Under the pieces are notes generated by a model. It saw only the letters and a program-made list of their open reading frames with translations. It had not been told where the DNA came from and did no database searches. A stretch of DNA of 64,000 nucleotides, from assembly GCF_964204645.1 (NCBI RefSeq), contig NC_134030.1, forward strand, positions 15,128,110 through 15,192,109. Reading direction: 5' to 3'. Shown here one piece after another: positions 38,079 to 53,200 of the stretch. Source of the stretch: Tubulanus polymorphus (Eukaryota; Animalia; Nemertea). The position numbers were made by a program, and so were the translations under genes. Numbering within the stretch: the first letter of the stretch is position 1; the number at the start of each line of letters is the position of its first letter.

Positions 38079-40211
38079 CCCTTACAAAAAATTCACACAT
38101 GTTATGTGTGTGAATGACACACATTACATGTGTGAAAGACACAGAAAACACATGTGATTCCAGCTATCACACATGTGATCTGTGTTGTGGAGCATATCAC
38201 ATGTGTGAATAACACATGATCACATGTGTGATTCTGAAATACATGTGTGATTGAGAAATACACATGTAATTCACACATGTGATTGGATCAACAACACAGA
38301 TCACATGTGTAACCGCTAGGATCACACATGTCATTAGAATAACACATGTGATTAACATCAGTTATTCCAATCTGCAACACAGTGTGAATATTTCGGATAT
38401 GACCCATGTTGGTTCCAAATTCTGAACATCTGCATTTTTGTCATAGAATCCATGTTGGAATAAGAATATTTCCATAACTGTACTCATTATTTCAACATTT
38501 TCAACACATGGTTAGATTTTATCTAACACTGGCGCCCCTACTGTGCAAAAACCAAGTACGAATGTCCACGGACTATTGAGTTTGTATTTTCATTCGGCTA
38601 AATAAATAAAATAAGGTTATTATATGTTTTTACATTCGCTGTTGAGTTCTAAAAAAATATAAATATTCAAAAAGGACTTCGAAAAATTAGCAGGTATTTA
38701 CGGGATTCAAACCGTTGATGACGGCTAGCAAAGGCCTCGGAATGAGCATGCAGGCACGCACGGCGCCATTTGCAATTATTTTGAGGATAGTCGTTGCTGT
38801 TTTTAATCAATTTTACATGGTTAATTTCTTAGTTCGAAAAGTTTGGTGTTTGAATCCAAGCTCAAAAGCAAGTATTATTGTGTTTCATCAAATATTCATA
38901 GTCGACGATGTTAATTGAATGTACTGTAATCGGTAAAATCAGTGGCGTGTACCAATCAATCAATTAAATCAAATTCATCGAAACTTTATTTCATGGACGT
39001 GATTGATGCATTACAAATATTTCATGATTGATGCATGGCAAAGTACAACATCTCCATGCCTAGCTTTTTCAAAGGTTAAATAACAAGTAGGCCTAGATTA
39101 CACCATGAACTATTTTTAAATCACGATCTGTCCAGGAAAAAGACACTCGTTTGAATACTATACTGTATAATTCCTAAACTGAATGATCAGCCGGTATTGA
39201 ACCGTATTTGCCAATTCTTTCTACATTTTTGAATGAATCATTTATAAATTAAAATGGAATTTTCCATTATTAATCTAGGGAGTCAGTACATTTCCTCGAG
39301 TAGTAATTTATCTACATGGAAAATGAAACGTATACTTTCAGCCGGAACAAATTACTGAAAAAGAGGTTTTGAGTCCTGTTTTGGTAAGTGTTGATTGAAA
39401 AAAGTTATAAGCTAGTGTTACAATAGCCCCGTTTATTTTCGTCTGGTTTCACTTATCATATAAATGTAACTTTTTTCATCAGATGATTGATATTAGGGAT
39501 ATTGATTTATGGTTTGGAATTGTGTGTAGTATTTAAATGTTTTATAAATTTGTCTCATTCTCATTGTCTCATTTTGTCTCATTCCAGATGATGTTCTGAA
39601 TTGTATATCAGGGGTTACCTCGGCCCAAATTAGAAAGAAGATTGGACAAATGCTGAAACAGTATAAATCGATGAAGTAAATCTTTAAATATTTGAAAATA
39701 AAATTCCGATTAACATGTACACAAGTGAGTTATTACATTTGGTTGGTAATTTTGAAACTACATTTTGTTTTGCCACTATGTAAATCTCCCTTCAGGCATT
39801 GAGTTTTTAGGAAGTATGGATGAAACATTATGTCCAATGAAAGAAGTGGTCAAATTTTGACCATTATGAATGTGTATTTATACTTCTTCTCGAATACAGT
39901 CGTGTGGAGCTGGAACAATGATGACGAATGCAGATCACATGCGTTATAAATCACACATGACTGTGTTATATGACATGTGTGATTCACATTCAGGGCTGTA
40001 TCACACATGTGATTCACATGTGTAAAAATGGTACAAAATCACATGTGTGATTTAGAAAATTACTCGTGCGATACAGCTTGAATGTGAATCATATGTCTGA
40101 TTCACATGTGTAAAAATGGGACAAAATCACACATGTGATGATGTCCCATTTTTACACATGTGAATCACACATGTTTAAAAAAAAATCACACACGTGATTT
40201 TTTTGTAAGGG
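38079..40211. mobile_element. Non-autonomous TIR element, EnSpm/CACTA-superfamily-like, with subterminal CACATGTG arrays
   Basis: TIR CCCTTACAAAAAA / TTTTTTGTAAGGG, 2-bp AT flanks, dense CACATGTG-type repeats at 38095-38350 and 39935-40200. Confidence 0.8.
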
Positions 40212-41019
40212 ATTTAAATTGGTTATGAATCATGCCATCAGTCAGCCGGTACACACGTGACTAATAAGGAAATATCTGACATATGACTATAATACATCAG
40301 TAGCTAAAAGAAAACAGCACAGAAAACACAAGAAAAAATGTCGCTACCAAAATTCCTCGGTATTAAATTGAAAACGCCCGATATTGGTGATTATGTTCAT
40401 CAGCCGGTAATGTTTAAAAGTCTTGTTATTTCCAAGAGTTTGATGCCAATGGTTTTTTTGGGGAAAAATGTGAAAATCCTGAATATTATAATTCAGGGCA
40501 TTTAAGGGCAAATATGGGGGGTGGGCCCTACCAATGTAATTTTGCTTCTGATGGGCCTTACTTATGATTATGTTATTTGCTCGCCAGAGCAATCAGTCTA
40601 GTAATTAGACAATACTCGAGATGACTCGGAAATTCATGAAAGATATTAGCGGGATAAATCATTAATAATGTAGAAATCAACATAATTTTATTCTGTAAAT
40701 TAATCTCAGAAATGAACAAGACATTCACTGACTGCCGGCACACACAAGCGAATGCCTACTGCAGTTTACAGAGACATGTGTATGCATGTGTGTGTACAGT
40801 AGTATATGAACACAGCAGAGTATATAAAGTGTAGTAAGATAGCACAGCCAGCAACCACTTGTGAGAAATACTTTGGAGTATTGAGAGTTCAGAGTATTGG
40901 GACTTGGAGTAATGAGTATGTCCCAACCTAACGCCATGCACCACAAAAAAGTTTTAAAAAGTGGCTCGGACCCAGTATTTGCTCCGCAGAAATCATTTGA
41001 TAATACAATTAGAACTCAC

Positions 41020-41112
41020 CAGCCTGAAAATCAGTTCGTCCACAGCCTTTTATTAATAGTGTATCACCTGTAAACGCTACACATTTTTCCTTCCAAACAA
41101 ATGTAGTGCAAC
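41020..41112 (-). CDS. ETHE1: ETHE1 exon, 93 nt ((G)[30 protein letters not shown])
   Basis: AG/GT-flanked, phase 1/1, FTGD metal ligand and GCGRTDF motif; absent from the ORF track. Confidence 0.96.
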
Positions 41113-41859
41113 CTAAAATTCAAAGCAATTATCTGATATTGTAAGTTCATAATTATAAAATATCAAACATAACAGTTATGATTGTGTTAGGAGAAACATA
41201 GAGGACTAATCTTGTTATCACTAATCTTGTTATCAATGTTGCTTGTTTACAACAATGGAAAAGAATCATCTCATTCTCAAATATCTGAAAAGTGGATTAA
41301 CTTAATTTGTCTTGAATTCGGCAGATAAATCTAAAGATCCTGGAGTACAAAGTAATCAATAAGTAGTGCATGAAAACGGAGCTTGATAGTCAGCTATCGT
41401 ATTTATGGTTATACAAGCTGTGTATGGACCGTGAGACAAAAAACTAGGGGTCCACAGACACCATGCCAACTAAAAGGAAGTTTCAAATGCTCAATAATCT
41501 AAGAATTTCAATATTCAACGCCCCATGGTGACCATACAAAAACCAATGACTTTGAAACATGCATAAAACCAATGACCTTGAAACTCACCACCATCAAAGA
41601 ACATATCACAAGCTAGAATTTTGCAATTGATTGTGTTAACAAAATATGCCTAGGTACATATAAAATCAGGCATTACTAAGTAAACACTACCTGGTGACCA
41701 ATAATAACCAATAGAATAACCAATGGCTTTGAAACTTACCAATCATAGAAAATGTCATGGGCAACAACTTTGCAATTGATTGTGGTTGATTGTTGTGCAA
41801 TTGATTGTGTGAAATCCATCTAGAATTGCGGACTGCATCGCGCAAACAAGAAATTCAAG

Positions 41860-42312
41860 ATGGCCACCCCAATGGCAGCCACATTAAGATTCGACCTTTT
41901 GAAAAACCAGCATAGATGCCTATTCAAATCTTTGTAATTTTTGTAATTCAAAAATTCAGTGCTTCTTAGTTCGATGTTCCTGTTTTCATCGCGCACGTGG
42001 TTTATATCATTGTTTACATTGTTAACGTCTTCAACAGCTGATACAACCGCACCCGCGTCTGTCAATAATCTAAATTGATTCATATACTAACATGGCCACC
42101 CCAATGGCAGCCACATTAAGATACGACCTTTTGAAAAACCAGCATAGATGCCTATTCAAATCTTTGTAATTTTTGTAATTCAAAAATTCAGTGCTTCTTA
42201 GTTCGATGTTCCTGTTTTCATCACGCACGTGGTTTAAATCATTGTTTACGTCTTCAACAGCTGGTACAACCGCATCCGCGTCTGTCAATAATCTTAATTG
42301 ATTCATATACTA
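41860..42312. repeat. About 230-bp tandem duplication (2 copies)
   Basis: ATGGCCACCCCAATGGCAGCC at 41860 and 42092; near-identical units. Confidence 0.9.
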
Positions 42313-43117
42313 AAATGCTCACTATGAAAAAACTATGCGGTGAATCAATCCGAAATTTTATTCGGTAGAATGTCAGACACTTATAGGTACCTTTCTTTAA
42401 AGGTTTATTTGTGGTATGTCATTAACAATCAGTTATATAATACTTTAATCATAACTTTAAAGTGGCGTGCCGGCAGCGAACGCTCAAGCAAGGTCAGTCA
42501 CTTAGGCCAACGATAACACGAAACAGATCACAGTTTTCCCGGTTAAGAGCGTCTCTCCACATAAGTTATAGTTAAGGGACTATTATGGACCATTTGTTGA
42601 CACTAACCTTTAATTAACTTCGTATGGATACAATCAAGATGATTCCACCCTATAATTCCACTATTCAACGATCGACCCGCTGCTTAAACATGGCGCCGCC
42701 ATTCATTAGGCTAGTCATAATGTATCTCTACGCACATCAAAATCACACTTGAATTACAAGTGTTGACTCATGAGAAACAAACAAAATCTAGCAATTTGAT
42801 CGGGAAAATAGCAGCACTATAGTTCAAATAAATTGCCCATGGGCAAAGTGTGGTTTACCTTGAAAGCTAGAGGTTGTTTGTAGTAAGGGCATTGCTTGAA
42901 AAATCTTTTTAATTCGTGACTTCAAAGTTCCACAAGTTTATATTGTATTTTATCTTTCTTAAAGAATAATTTTGTAGTCAAATAAGACCAAAGATATACA
43001 TTTGGTTACGGTCCACGTCCAAAAGTTTGTAGGGTACAGGTAGGCGTGGCAGGGAAATTATTTTATATTTTCGAAAAAAATATGTTTCACAATATGAAAA
43101 TATTCAAATAGGCCTAA

Positions 43118-43555
43118 GGCCATCCCAAAATAATCTACGTTGTGCACGGGAAATTTGTCTAATAGCGTAGATTTCGAGAATTATTCTAAAATTATAACTT
43201 CGTCCAGAGCGTCATCTCTTGTGTTAAAAATGAAACAGTACATTGAATATGTGCGCGGTTTTACATTACCAGCTTTGATATAGTCACTATGAGAATGAAT
43301 GGCAGCTTATTGGAACACTGCCAGTTTCCAGGAAAACTTAAATTAGGCCACATTGACAAGGCATGTTTTCACACGATGCACACTTGAATTCAAACATATA
43401 TAATACGTAGCTCATACGTAGGCAGTGGGTCGGTCGGCCGTTTTTATCAAAAATAAAATCTATTTCAATGAATCCCAGAAAAAAAGTTTTCACTCGGAAC
43501 CTTTGAAGTTGGGTCGGTCGGGTTACGGCAAACAGACCATTAATATGGGATGGCC
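43118..43555. mobile_element. PIF/Harbinger-type MITE
   Basis: TIR GGCCATCCCA / TGGGATGGCC, TAA TSD on both sides, internal GGGTCGGTCGG motifs. Confidence 0.75.
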
Positions 43556-44789
43556 TAAAATTCATATGATGTCACATATCAGAGGATGGCTGAATATCAG
43601 GTCATGGAAACCTCTTCCAATGTTGGCCGCGGAAGTTAAAATACCGGTACAGAAGAAATCGGTTATTAGATCGTTTTAAATCCTGGCATTTACGACTACA
43701 ATATTCAGACCTCGACCTATACTTTTAGTTTGCTGCTTAATATTTTCAGGTCATAAGAAATTACAATTTATTACAAATTCTATCAAACAGAAAACACAGC
43801 GCTCATCTTCTGCTACGATTATTCAGCCTATTTTCATGTCAAACGCGCACGCGTTACAGCATCATCTTGAGTAGTATACTGTAAGAGCTTGTGTGTGTGT
43901 CGTGTAGCACTCTGCACGAACAGGTGGAGGCCTTGTGTAAGTGAATGTTCGCTTACGCTACAATGTCAATCAAAACAATCACCAGGTATTAACATGAAAC
44001 AATACCTATGGCGGATGTGTGAAATAATTACATCCTCACCAGCAATGAGCATTTAAAATGCTCTGTCTCCCAGCAAAATGCACTGATCTATTCAATTCCA
44101 ACTGAAATTGTATGCCATATATCCTTACTTTATGTAGTAAAAATTTCAAAGCAATAGCACAACTAAAAGATTTATTTTCCACTGATCTACCCACTTTTCC
44201 ACCGATATGTCGGAAGGCCGGATGTAAGGGGTTTCATTGGGGTATAATTTTAGGCCTCAGAAAATTGTTACCTATGTATTTGACACTGATACATTGTATA
44301 CCAGGGTATTTATAACCTTTGGGCTTACAAATAAGACAAATAATTTGGATATATGTGACCTTGAAGATGGACAGTTTCTGGTTCTTCATTATTGTTATTG
44401 GTGTCCGTTGCCATGACAACCATATCAACAGGGTCTAAAAAGATTGTCACTGATTTCATTTTCATCATCAAAATCATTACCGGCACTATAAACCTATTTT
44501 CTGACTAAGTTTCATCATCTGAACTGGTGCTGTCATATTCGTTGTCACTCTCAATTTGTTCACTACCAAATTCCAAGTCACCAGCATCACTGTCAGCATC
44601 ATATACGAGCTGCTGAACCGTTTCATCCAGCCAAATTATTTTTCCTGGCTCTTGCCATCTTGGATTTTATGCAGATGGCAGCACCAGCTGATACTGATAG
44701 ATATGCCCTTAAGAAGGGTTAAGCGATACTGTATCACATACGGTATGGGTATGTTTAGGGATTTATCGACTAAGGCAAAACTAGACTGA

Positions 44790-44966
44790 TCAATGTTGTT
44801 TCGTAGTCATGTGGATTTTCAATGCGCCTGCTCCATTCGCCGTAATGTCCAAATTCTTCATGCAGATTTTACATTGAAACTTGTATATGTTGTTTGGCAC
44901 CCGCTCGATCCAAGTTCTGTAGTCTGGGTTATAAAGCCAGCTATCTTTGAATGACCATTTCCCCAT
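44790..44966 (-). pseudogene. N-terminal zinc-finger fragment of a hAT-type transposase; a possible cognate end CAGGGTTC with TTCAAGG repeats lies at 47510-47589
   Basis: MGKWSFKDSWL...WIE...CKICMK...GAGALKIHMTTKQH. Confidence 0.6.
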
Positions 44967-45889
44967 ATCATAAGAAATTCGCAAACCACCGCCACTTGCA
45001 ATTTCAACGAAGACACAGTGAAAACGAAAACCCAGATCCGAAAAGCCGACAGTAAAATAAAAACTTAAGACAGTAGGCGGCGCCACATTACAGGTCACTG
45101 AACAAGTGTGACAACGATAGAAGAAACGCTTCACCGGTCGGATCGCTAAAATATCGTTGCTGATTTTATTCAAACATGTAAATTGTGTTGTTTTCACTAT
45201 TATCAAAACAACACTCCGGGAAAATGTTGCCTTTTCAGAAAAAACTGCCCCTGATACATTTTTACTGCTTTAAGTTGAAAATTTCTGATTTTTATGGCTG
45301 TATTTTTATTTTTCAATTTTTACTGCTTTTTACGGCTTTTACTGCCCGCGACGAAAACCTGAGTGTCTAAATTATATCCACTTGAACTAAGTGTAGATAT
45401 GATTATGAAACAAAATGAATCAAAAGTAAAAAAAGACCCCATCGTGAAGCAGCACACCAAGCTCGAGCCAAAATTGCTCAAATGGCGACCGATAGTGATC
45501 ATGATTCGAATTAGACTTAGTTAATAATTTGCATTCGAAAGTGTTTAAGTTTACATCTGGGACTTCACCTGTTTAACTACAAATAACATGTGCAGACTTT
45601 ATAAAAAGACACTACGACTGCGCTTTCCGGCGGGGGAAGATGTCGGTGACGCCATTCAGTTTGACACTATTATTTCTAGTTTATAGTTTGAACCGCTTCA
45701 TATCAGTACCTTTTCATTCAGGCGTTACAGAAATTCGACTCTCCTTATATAAACGACTTTTCCTCAAAAATCTTTTTGCATTGCATGATGCCCCCCATCA
45801 AGTGAAATGCCTGAATGTAAAATACATCCCCACGGTATGTCAACCTATTTATGAAGGCAGGAAATGAATGATACAAAACGGCTTTCGAT

Positions 45890-46280
45890 GACCTTTCGAT
45901 AACCTTGATCTTGACCTACAGGACTAGAAATCTAATCAGTCACTCACAGTCTCTAGGGTAACCCATCTCGAATATTTCACAGTTATCTTATACTGTTTAT
46001 GAATTTAAGAGCCCGGAAATTAAAAATACAAAAACAGCTCCTGGTGACCTTGACCTTTGACCAACAGGTAGCGAAATGTAATTAGTTACAGTCTCTAGGA
46101 TGACCCATCCAAAAAAATGTCACCAAATTATCTTTAACCGTCTATGAGCCCGGAAATGAAAAATACATAGGCCTTACAGCTTCTAATAACCTTGACCTTT
46201 GACCAACAGGACCTGACATCTAATCAGTTACTCATGATGTCTAAGATAATTCATCCATAGAATTTCATTAAGTTATCTTA
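45890..46280 (+). repeat. About 150-bp TGACCTTGACC tandem units (Helentron/HINE-associated satellite type); more copies at about 47735-47840 and 48330-48545
   Basis: Repeated GACCTTGACC...ACAGG...ATCTAAT...GAGCCCGGAAAT units, with GACG microsatellite-like runs nearby. Confidence 0.6.
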
Positions 46281-49029
46281 AAGGTCGACTTCAAGTATAA
46301 AGGGCCCATCATCTGTCAGACATGGCAGTATCTCGGAACCCATGGAGCAGTCAAGAGCTCTGGCGGTTGAAACTGGTATTTCCCTAATATCACTGTCAGT
46401 TAACCGATTTGGACCCTCCTTTTTGTCAGGGATATGTGTAAACATGCAATATAGCCATATCTATGGCTTAAAATTTAGGTTAGACCCTCCTTCATGCATA
46501 AATTAGCAATTTACTAAGTGCATTCTTCAAATTTTCAAATCTTTGAATGACAAGCTCGGAGGAGTCATTTCATCAAAATCAAACAAAATTGAACAAATTG
46601 AAAATACAGATTTTATTTTCAAATCCATCATTACTGGAGGAATTCTTATAAAAAAAACAAAGATTACTATGACCAAAATGATATCAAACAGAGACAAAAG
46701 AAGTTTTTTTATGTCACTGTGATACTTCAGGGTTTGTAGCCTCAGGACCAACCAAAATTCATGGCCATTTAAGGCCATTTGAGATGCACATTCAAGGCTT
46801 TTTACCCCATGAAAAAAATTTTTACGGCAATATTTCTTCGCTTCATCCATTCAAAAACAATCAAAACAGCTTTAACAGGGTTCATTGTGCCACTGCTGAC
46901 CCGAATTCACTGATATTCACTGACACAGCCAACTACAGCAACTTTAAGAAATTTGATAATTTTGAGCCGAATGCCTACACTAATGGCCTTTAATTGGTTG
47001 AAGTACAGATTTTCTTGGAAATATAACGGAAAAAAATAAGTGTGAAAACTGTATTGGGTTGAATTCAAATAATGGGAGAAAACTTACTTTTTGCAAATAA
47101 TTAAGATGGAAATATCAAGAAAAAATCTTTTTTTAAATCAAATCTGATGTAAACACCAATCAAATGTTTTTGGCGGGATTTCAGAGGGCATCCAAGTCAA
47201 TTGACACCATCTCCATGAAAAGCACTATACATGCAGTAATAACACACAACTGAATGACGATTCATCATGAATACACAAAGTAGTGGGTTTTCCCCAATGA
47301 CTCAAATAGACACCTACTGGGCAACATAGGCCTCTAAGGATAAAAAGAAATCAATACGATTTATAAACCATGCAGTAGACATCGTCATGCTGTTACCAAA
47401 ATTTCCATCGTTACAAAAAACAGTCATAAATCTACAGATTTGCAACATTTTCGCAATTTTCGCATTTCGCAATTTTCGCAATAAAATCAATTTTCATGAC
47501 CAAAGTGCTAAATTCAAGGCTTTTCAAGGCCTTGAATTTTTAGACAATTCAAGGCTATTCAAGGATTTCAAGGCCCGCTATGAACCCTGTGGTGATACTA
47601 GTGTGAGCCAGATGTGTTCCAGTAAACATTATTAACAAACTACCCCTTGCGAGTTGCCAGTGGGATGCGGCCTGCACTACAAATCTCAAGTACCAACCGG
47701 TAAGTTTTTGGACCTCCATTTAACTCGGCCTTTAAACCGTTTATGAGTTAGCCCGGAAATGAAATTCACAAAATGGCTTCCTGCGACGTTGACCTTGGAC
47801 CAACAGCACCTGAAATCTAATTAGTTACCCACGGTTCCTAGTGTGACTGGGACCAGAGTGGTCGGTTCGGATCGCTGGATACCCAACTGACTAAGAAAAC
47901 GTTCTTATAATCCAATATCACAAAATTTCACTTTTATTCGATCCTTCGTAGACAATAATTCTGTGCCGCAAAATTTCAATACAGATATAATTTGCAAATG
48001 CACCACCAATGAGCTACTACAACAATCGGTTTCCTCCATAAAACGTAGGAAAAGTAAAAATTTGGGAGGGGAACACAGTCCCACAAGTCTGCTCCCTAAG
48101 AAATGACACGACATGATGACGTAGAAAGTTTCAGAGATAACAAAATAAACAAAATTACGCCTAGAGGGGGATGTAGCTATTGTTAGAAAACCATTGGCTT
48201 CCTTCCACTAAATCATACACGTGACTAACTACATCAGATGCTACGAGTTTACTGGGGCAAACTCATAAAAAGTAGAAACAGAGCGAAATAACCCCTGAGA
48301 ACTGTCTTATATGTATTGACTCGATCACACTAGGATAACCCATCCATAGAATTTCAGTAAATTATCTTAAGAGCCCGGAAATCAAATTTACAAAATGGCT
48401 TCATGTGACCTTGAGCTAAGACCTACAGGACCCACAATCAAATTACCCAAAATGGAAATCTGAAGAAAATCTGTCAAAGGGTTTAGGTGCTAGGGCATGG
48501 AAACCACTGCGGACAGACATTCGGACAGACGGACGAAAAGTGTATACAATAGAACACAATGCAAAAACCAAACGGAAATCACAGGAGTCATTGAGTGAAA
48601 AATTGTCACAAAATTGTCACCGAAATTACATGAGTCGTCAAGCGAAAAACCATCGTAAAAATCTGAACAGAAATCACAGAAGTTGTCGAGCGAAGTAACG
48701 TCCGTTCAAAGGTCGAATCGAATTTTATCAAGGAAAAAGTGATGCGCAAAATTGACAGTTATTCTGTGCATTATATTCATATTACAATCTATAGGGCCTA
48801 TTGACATATATAAAAATTTACAAGTCTGATTTTATAAATAGTGTCAAACTTTCCAACAGATCAATTTTATTTGAACATGAATTCAGACAGATTCGCGGTA
48901 AAATATTGAATGATATTAGATCATTAGCGCCGAGTGTCATAACGTATTTATTAGTTATTTAAATATACTTAAATTTCTTCTCGTTAAGAAATCGCAGAAA
49001 GTACAATTTTGACAGCAATTGCCCTTTAA

Positions 49030-50215
49030 CTCTTTGCCTGCCAGACTTATTTCTTTGCCAGGATTTCCACGTTTTTCAAAAATTCATAACATATAAACTA
49101 GAAGGTGTATTTTCATCAAAATGGTTTTATTTTGTTCATTCGTTCTTACTTGTTACAATTCAGATTAGAAGTATTTCTTTTTAGAATGATACAGTCAGTA
49201 ACAATCACCACTGCAGAGGGGCATTTTGCAGGTTTGCAAAAATATGTTCTATCTTTGCGATATCCACGTTTCTTGCAAACCCTGCAGGCCCTCTGTTCTC
49301 TATTCTTTGTGTTGCTTGCAGGAAGCATCCCTAATGGGTGGGTGGCAAATCCACCAACTAATCTGTTGACTGGATCAAATCTAGGAGCCCTGAAGTCCTG
49401 GAATTCAACATTTTGATCATCGGAATCTGATACCTGAGCTGGATGGAGCTTCTTAGGCCAAATTGCGAAATTATTGACTTCAAGCAACGGGATCTTCTCA
49501 TTCTGATGCTTATCATTGTAAATCACATGAGCATTGTGAAGAGAAAGCCCAAGCAAATACAAGAAAAACTTTTTGGTCCATTTGATTGTCTTTCTAACAG
49601 TCGGATAGTAAGCCAGCATTTGGCCCAAGCGGTCCACCCCATTCATATGAGCATTGTAATCAATCACCAGGTCAGGCTTTTCTAGCCTCTCGTGACCCCC
49701 ACCCCTCTGCCTAATTTGGACATGATTCATTGAATCGCATGCTTTGTACTGATTACCTTCACACACTTTTTGTCCTGCCAAGATATAACTACACATGTTC
49801 CAGTGTCTCGAGAAAGGATTTGAGCTCTTTGAAGGACATGCCCACATGTACCACAATCACAAATTTCTGGTGGTTCACCCCTGTTTTTTCTCAGTGTTCC
49901 AACTACATAGGTATTAGCTCTGAACAGTGCCACGTTCAAGACAACAGAATTGTAATCGTAATCATTGTACAATGAATAGAAATTACTGACTAATCTGATT
50001 ACCAGACTGAAGACAATCTCTTCATGTGTTCGTGCCCACCCATCATAGGTGATTATATTCCAACAGTATGATGACTAGGAGTCGGCAAGGATGTAGCTTT
50101 TGATCCCATATTTAGTGGGCTTCATTGGTTAATATACCCTGAAAACCAATCACCCTTTCCATTTCAACATACCTTCATCTATGGATATATGTTTATGCGA
50201 GTTGTAGTGTTCTTT
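49030..50215 (-). pseudogene. piggyBac (PGBD4-like) transposase C-terminal two-thirds plus the terminus after TTAA
   Basis: ISIDEGM, KPTKYGIK, GTLRKNRG, DYNAHMNGVDR, KWTKKFF, Cys-rich CRVC...C tail; TTAA at 49026-49029. Confidence 0.9.
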
Positions 50216-50217
50216 TT

Positions 50218-53200
50218 TTATTAGGGTTTCTGCTGCTTTCGCAGAAACCCTCTTGTAATTCTGTTGATTATTATTATTATTATAAATGGTCCACTTTCCA
50301 GCCAAAATTTTTTCATAAAATGTAACTCCTCTCAGATTCGACTACCAACAGCTTATAAACGTAATTTTAAATTCTGTCAGAAATATAACTCAGCGCCCGA
50401 CCATTTCGAATTTGCGTATAGTAATCTATTATGAATTAATCCCGTGTAATTACCGGGTCTAAACAATGACAAGAATAACGCAAAGCATTGTCATCCATTG
50501 ATAAAAGTACATCCCGAAAAGCCAACAAATTACCGGACGACCTCGAGCGTCAAACTCAACCGTTAATCGCGAATTCAGACTTTATGCAATTTAAGGTGAG
50601 AATCCACTAACCAGGGAAGACATGATTTCTTGGTCTAACTGCAGTTAAGGTTACCTTTCCACTGGGTGGTGCTATGATGCATATGATAGCAAATGAGTAC
50701 TCGGCAAAGCAATGATCATTGTTGGCTACCTACTTGCCTAATGCCTACCTTTTTGGGAGATACGCCTAGAATAGATTTAGGCCCTTAATGTAGTGTGTAG
50801 AGCCATTGGAAAGCCTTAGTAGTTAGTAAGGGACTTGTTTACACTTATGTATACGACTATTTATTTCAATTACTTTCTTTCCAGCTATTAATCGTGGAAT
50901 GAACTGGTCACTACGGTCTTCAATTCCTTTGCCGATTTTTGCAGCTGGTGGGAATATATTTAAACCACGGTGTGCAAGTGTACGTATCAAATTAAGCGTC
51001 TCAGATGCTGTAAGTACTAGATTTTTTGTGTAATTGTTTTTTTCTAATGTCATGTTTAAAATATTTGGATCAGTAATCAGTCGTGCTAGTGTACATGCAG
51101 AATTGGATTCATTGTTATTATGGGATGATAATTCACGAGCATCATGAGTCCTTCGATATACTCTTGAAATGAAGCTTTTAAAAGTTTATCAGCGACTTGT
51201 TTTGGAGTAAACTGAATAGCCCTTAAAATACCAATTCCACATGGCTTAACGGTCGGTGTCTATGCTCTGCGAGACAGTAGTAATAGATGTTTCACAACAA
51301 ACGCACAATTTAAATATTTATTATACTTTCTTTCACTGCTGCTCTATTATTTTACATAACTGAGTAATTCTTACATTAGATTGCTTAATTACAGGTGGAA
51401 AGAGGTCAGATGGCATGAAAATCGACTGTGGCTCACTAATTGACGCGCGCAGATAAAGCGTTGAGGTTTCAAAAGCATGAAGGTACAGAGCCACAACTTT
51501 CAGCGACCTTGACACCAAACACGCGAACTATCTAGGTGCACGAATGTTGTGATGATGTCATAATACTCTAAATAAACAACTCCGCGAATCTCGCGATACA
51601 CGCGTGGAAGGATCTTAAATCTATTCTCCGATGTATTTTAAATAATGTTTATAAAAGAATCCATTTAAAGACTGTAATTAACATACAAAACATAAAATTA
51701 ATTGAAAGAAACATCGCTGGAAGATTAGTTTTAAAAATTTGATTGGTGTCAATCATCAATTACCGCTAGTCAAAATGGCGGCCGTCGTGATAAACAAGAC
51801 GGATAATTTTCTTTAACTGACTGGATGTGGTATAAAATATAGTATTTCACATCACAAATGGCCCAAATCCGTTTAAAAGAATAACAGTAGCGCACTCAAG
51901 GCACCAAGGTTGGAATATGGCTATGGATCATGATAAAATAGCGCACTATGACCGATAAAATATCAGCTGTCAGTACTCGGTCATGGTGGTAGTCCTACTC
52001 TGTTGCATCGAATCGGAACCTATTCCCGAAGAAGCCAAGGTCCTAACGAGAAGAATAAACGAAACAAATGTTAGTGTCCTGCAGTCAATTCTACAGTGTC
52101 TAATTATCTTCCAGTGTCTACTCCATCCACACTTTTATGTAGTCTACAAAACATGGACACGCCATACTTTATAGACTAGGTTCTCATCAAACAATCTTCT
52201 TGGGGTTGAGTGTACGTGTAGGTAGTGTACTCACTGCTACTTAGGATACTTATCTTATTTTTTGGCAACATTTTTGACAGACCACCTATCTACTAGTAAA
52301 TTTTTTTTCCATGGACCCGAAAAGTAGGCCTAGGCCTCTTTAAGTCGTAAGTAGGTAGGCTATTCATGTCATTTATTAACATAACTATGAAGTCTTGAAA
52401 TAAATTTCCACATGCAATTTTTTTATTTCAAAGGCAATATTTCTTTTTCAGAGAGTTCGGCCTGTTACAGGAACCCAAACAATGGAAATTAAGAGATCAA
52501 CTTGTGACTAGATAAGCCAGGTTTATAGGATTGGAGATGATAAAAACTACAGATGTGGATTCAGTTACTGGAGCTAAATTAAGTGTAGATGCAGCCCAGC
52601 AAACGCTGGGTTTAGATGAACCTGCGTACTTTGAAACCCGGGTTCAATGAGCTGTAGATGTGGTAATGAATATCTTAGTCAGAAAAAGAAGCAAATTGAA
52701 AGTACATGAATCTTTTATTTCGAACCTATAACAACGAGACAAAGAAGGTCTGTATGCTACAAGCTATTTGAGCAATTGCGGTTATTAATTTGTAAAATGT
52801 ATTGATATGATATGGAAGGCCAACTGCTGAATTCCATGGGTACCATCAGAACCAAATGCGCGCTACTTGCCATCAACCTGAAATAAACTAATGTCAATAT
52901 TATGTTATAAACAAATAAATATGAAAAAAATACAAATTTCTGCTTGATACAACTTACATTTGAATGGGAAAATCGGCTTTAAAATATCTGCTATGTCAGA
53001 CAAATAACTGACGAATCCGATAAAACAAAAAATATGTTATCTTCAAAATAAAATTAACAATTCAAAGACTTTTGGCAATCTTCCAATACAATATACAAAG
53101 GTCCCTAGTACGCTAAATACTAACTGAGCCAGACAACCTGATGTCCTTTCAAGCAAAATTGAATTCGACATTAGATGTGAGACGCATGAAAATGAACCAA

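Noticed and set aside
41820-42306. Two near-identical ORFs as duplicated small genes
   Set aside because: They are a by-product of a 230-bp tandem repeat in an intron, with no recognisable domain.
46500-47000. ORFs 46527..46850 and 46784..46993 as a gene
   Set aside because: No recognisable motif or splice structure; probably decayed TE interior.
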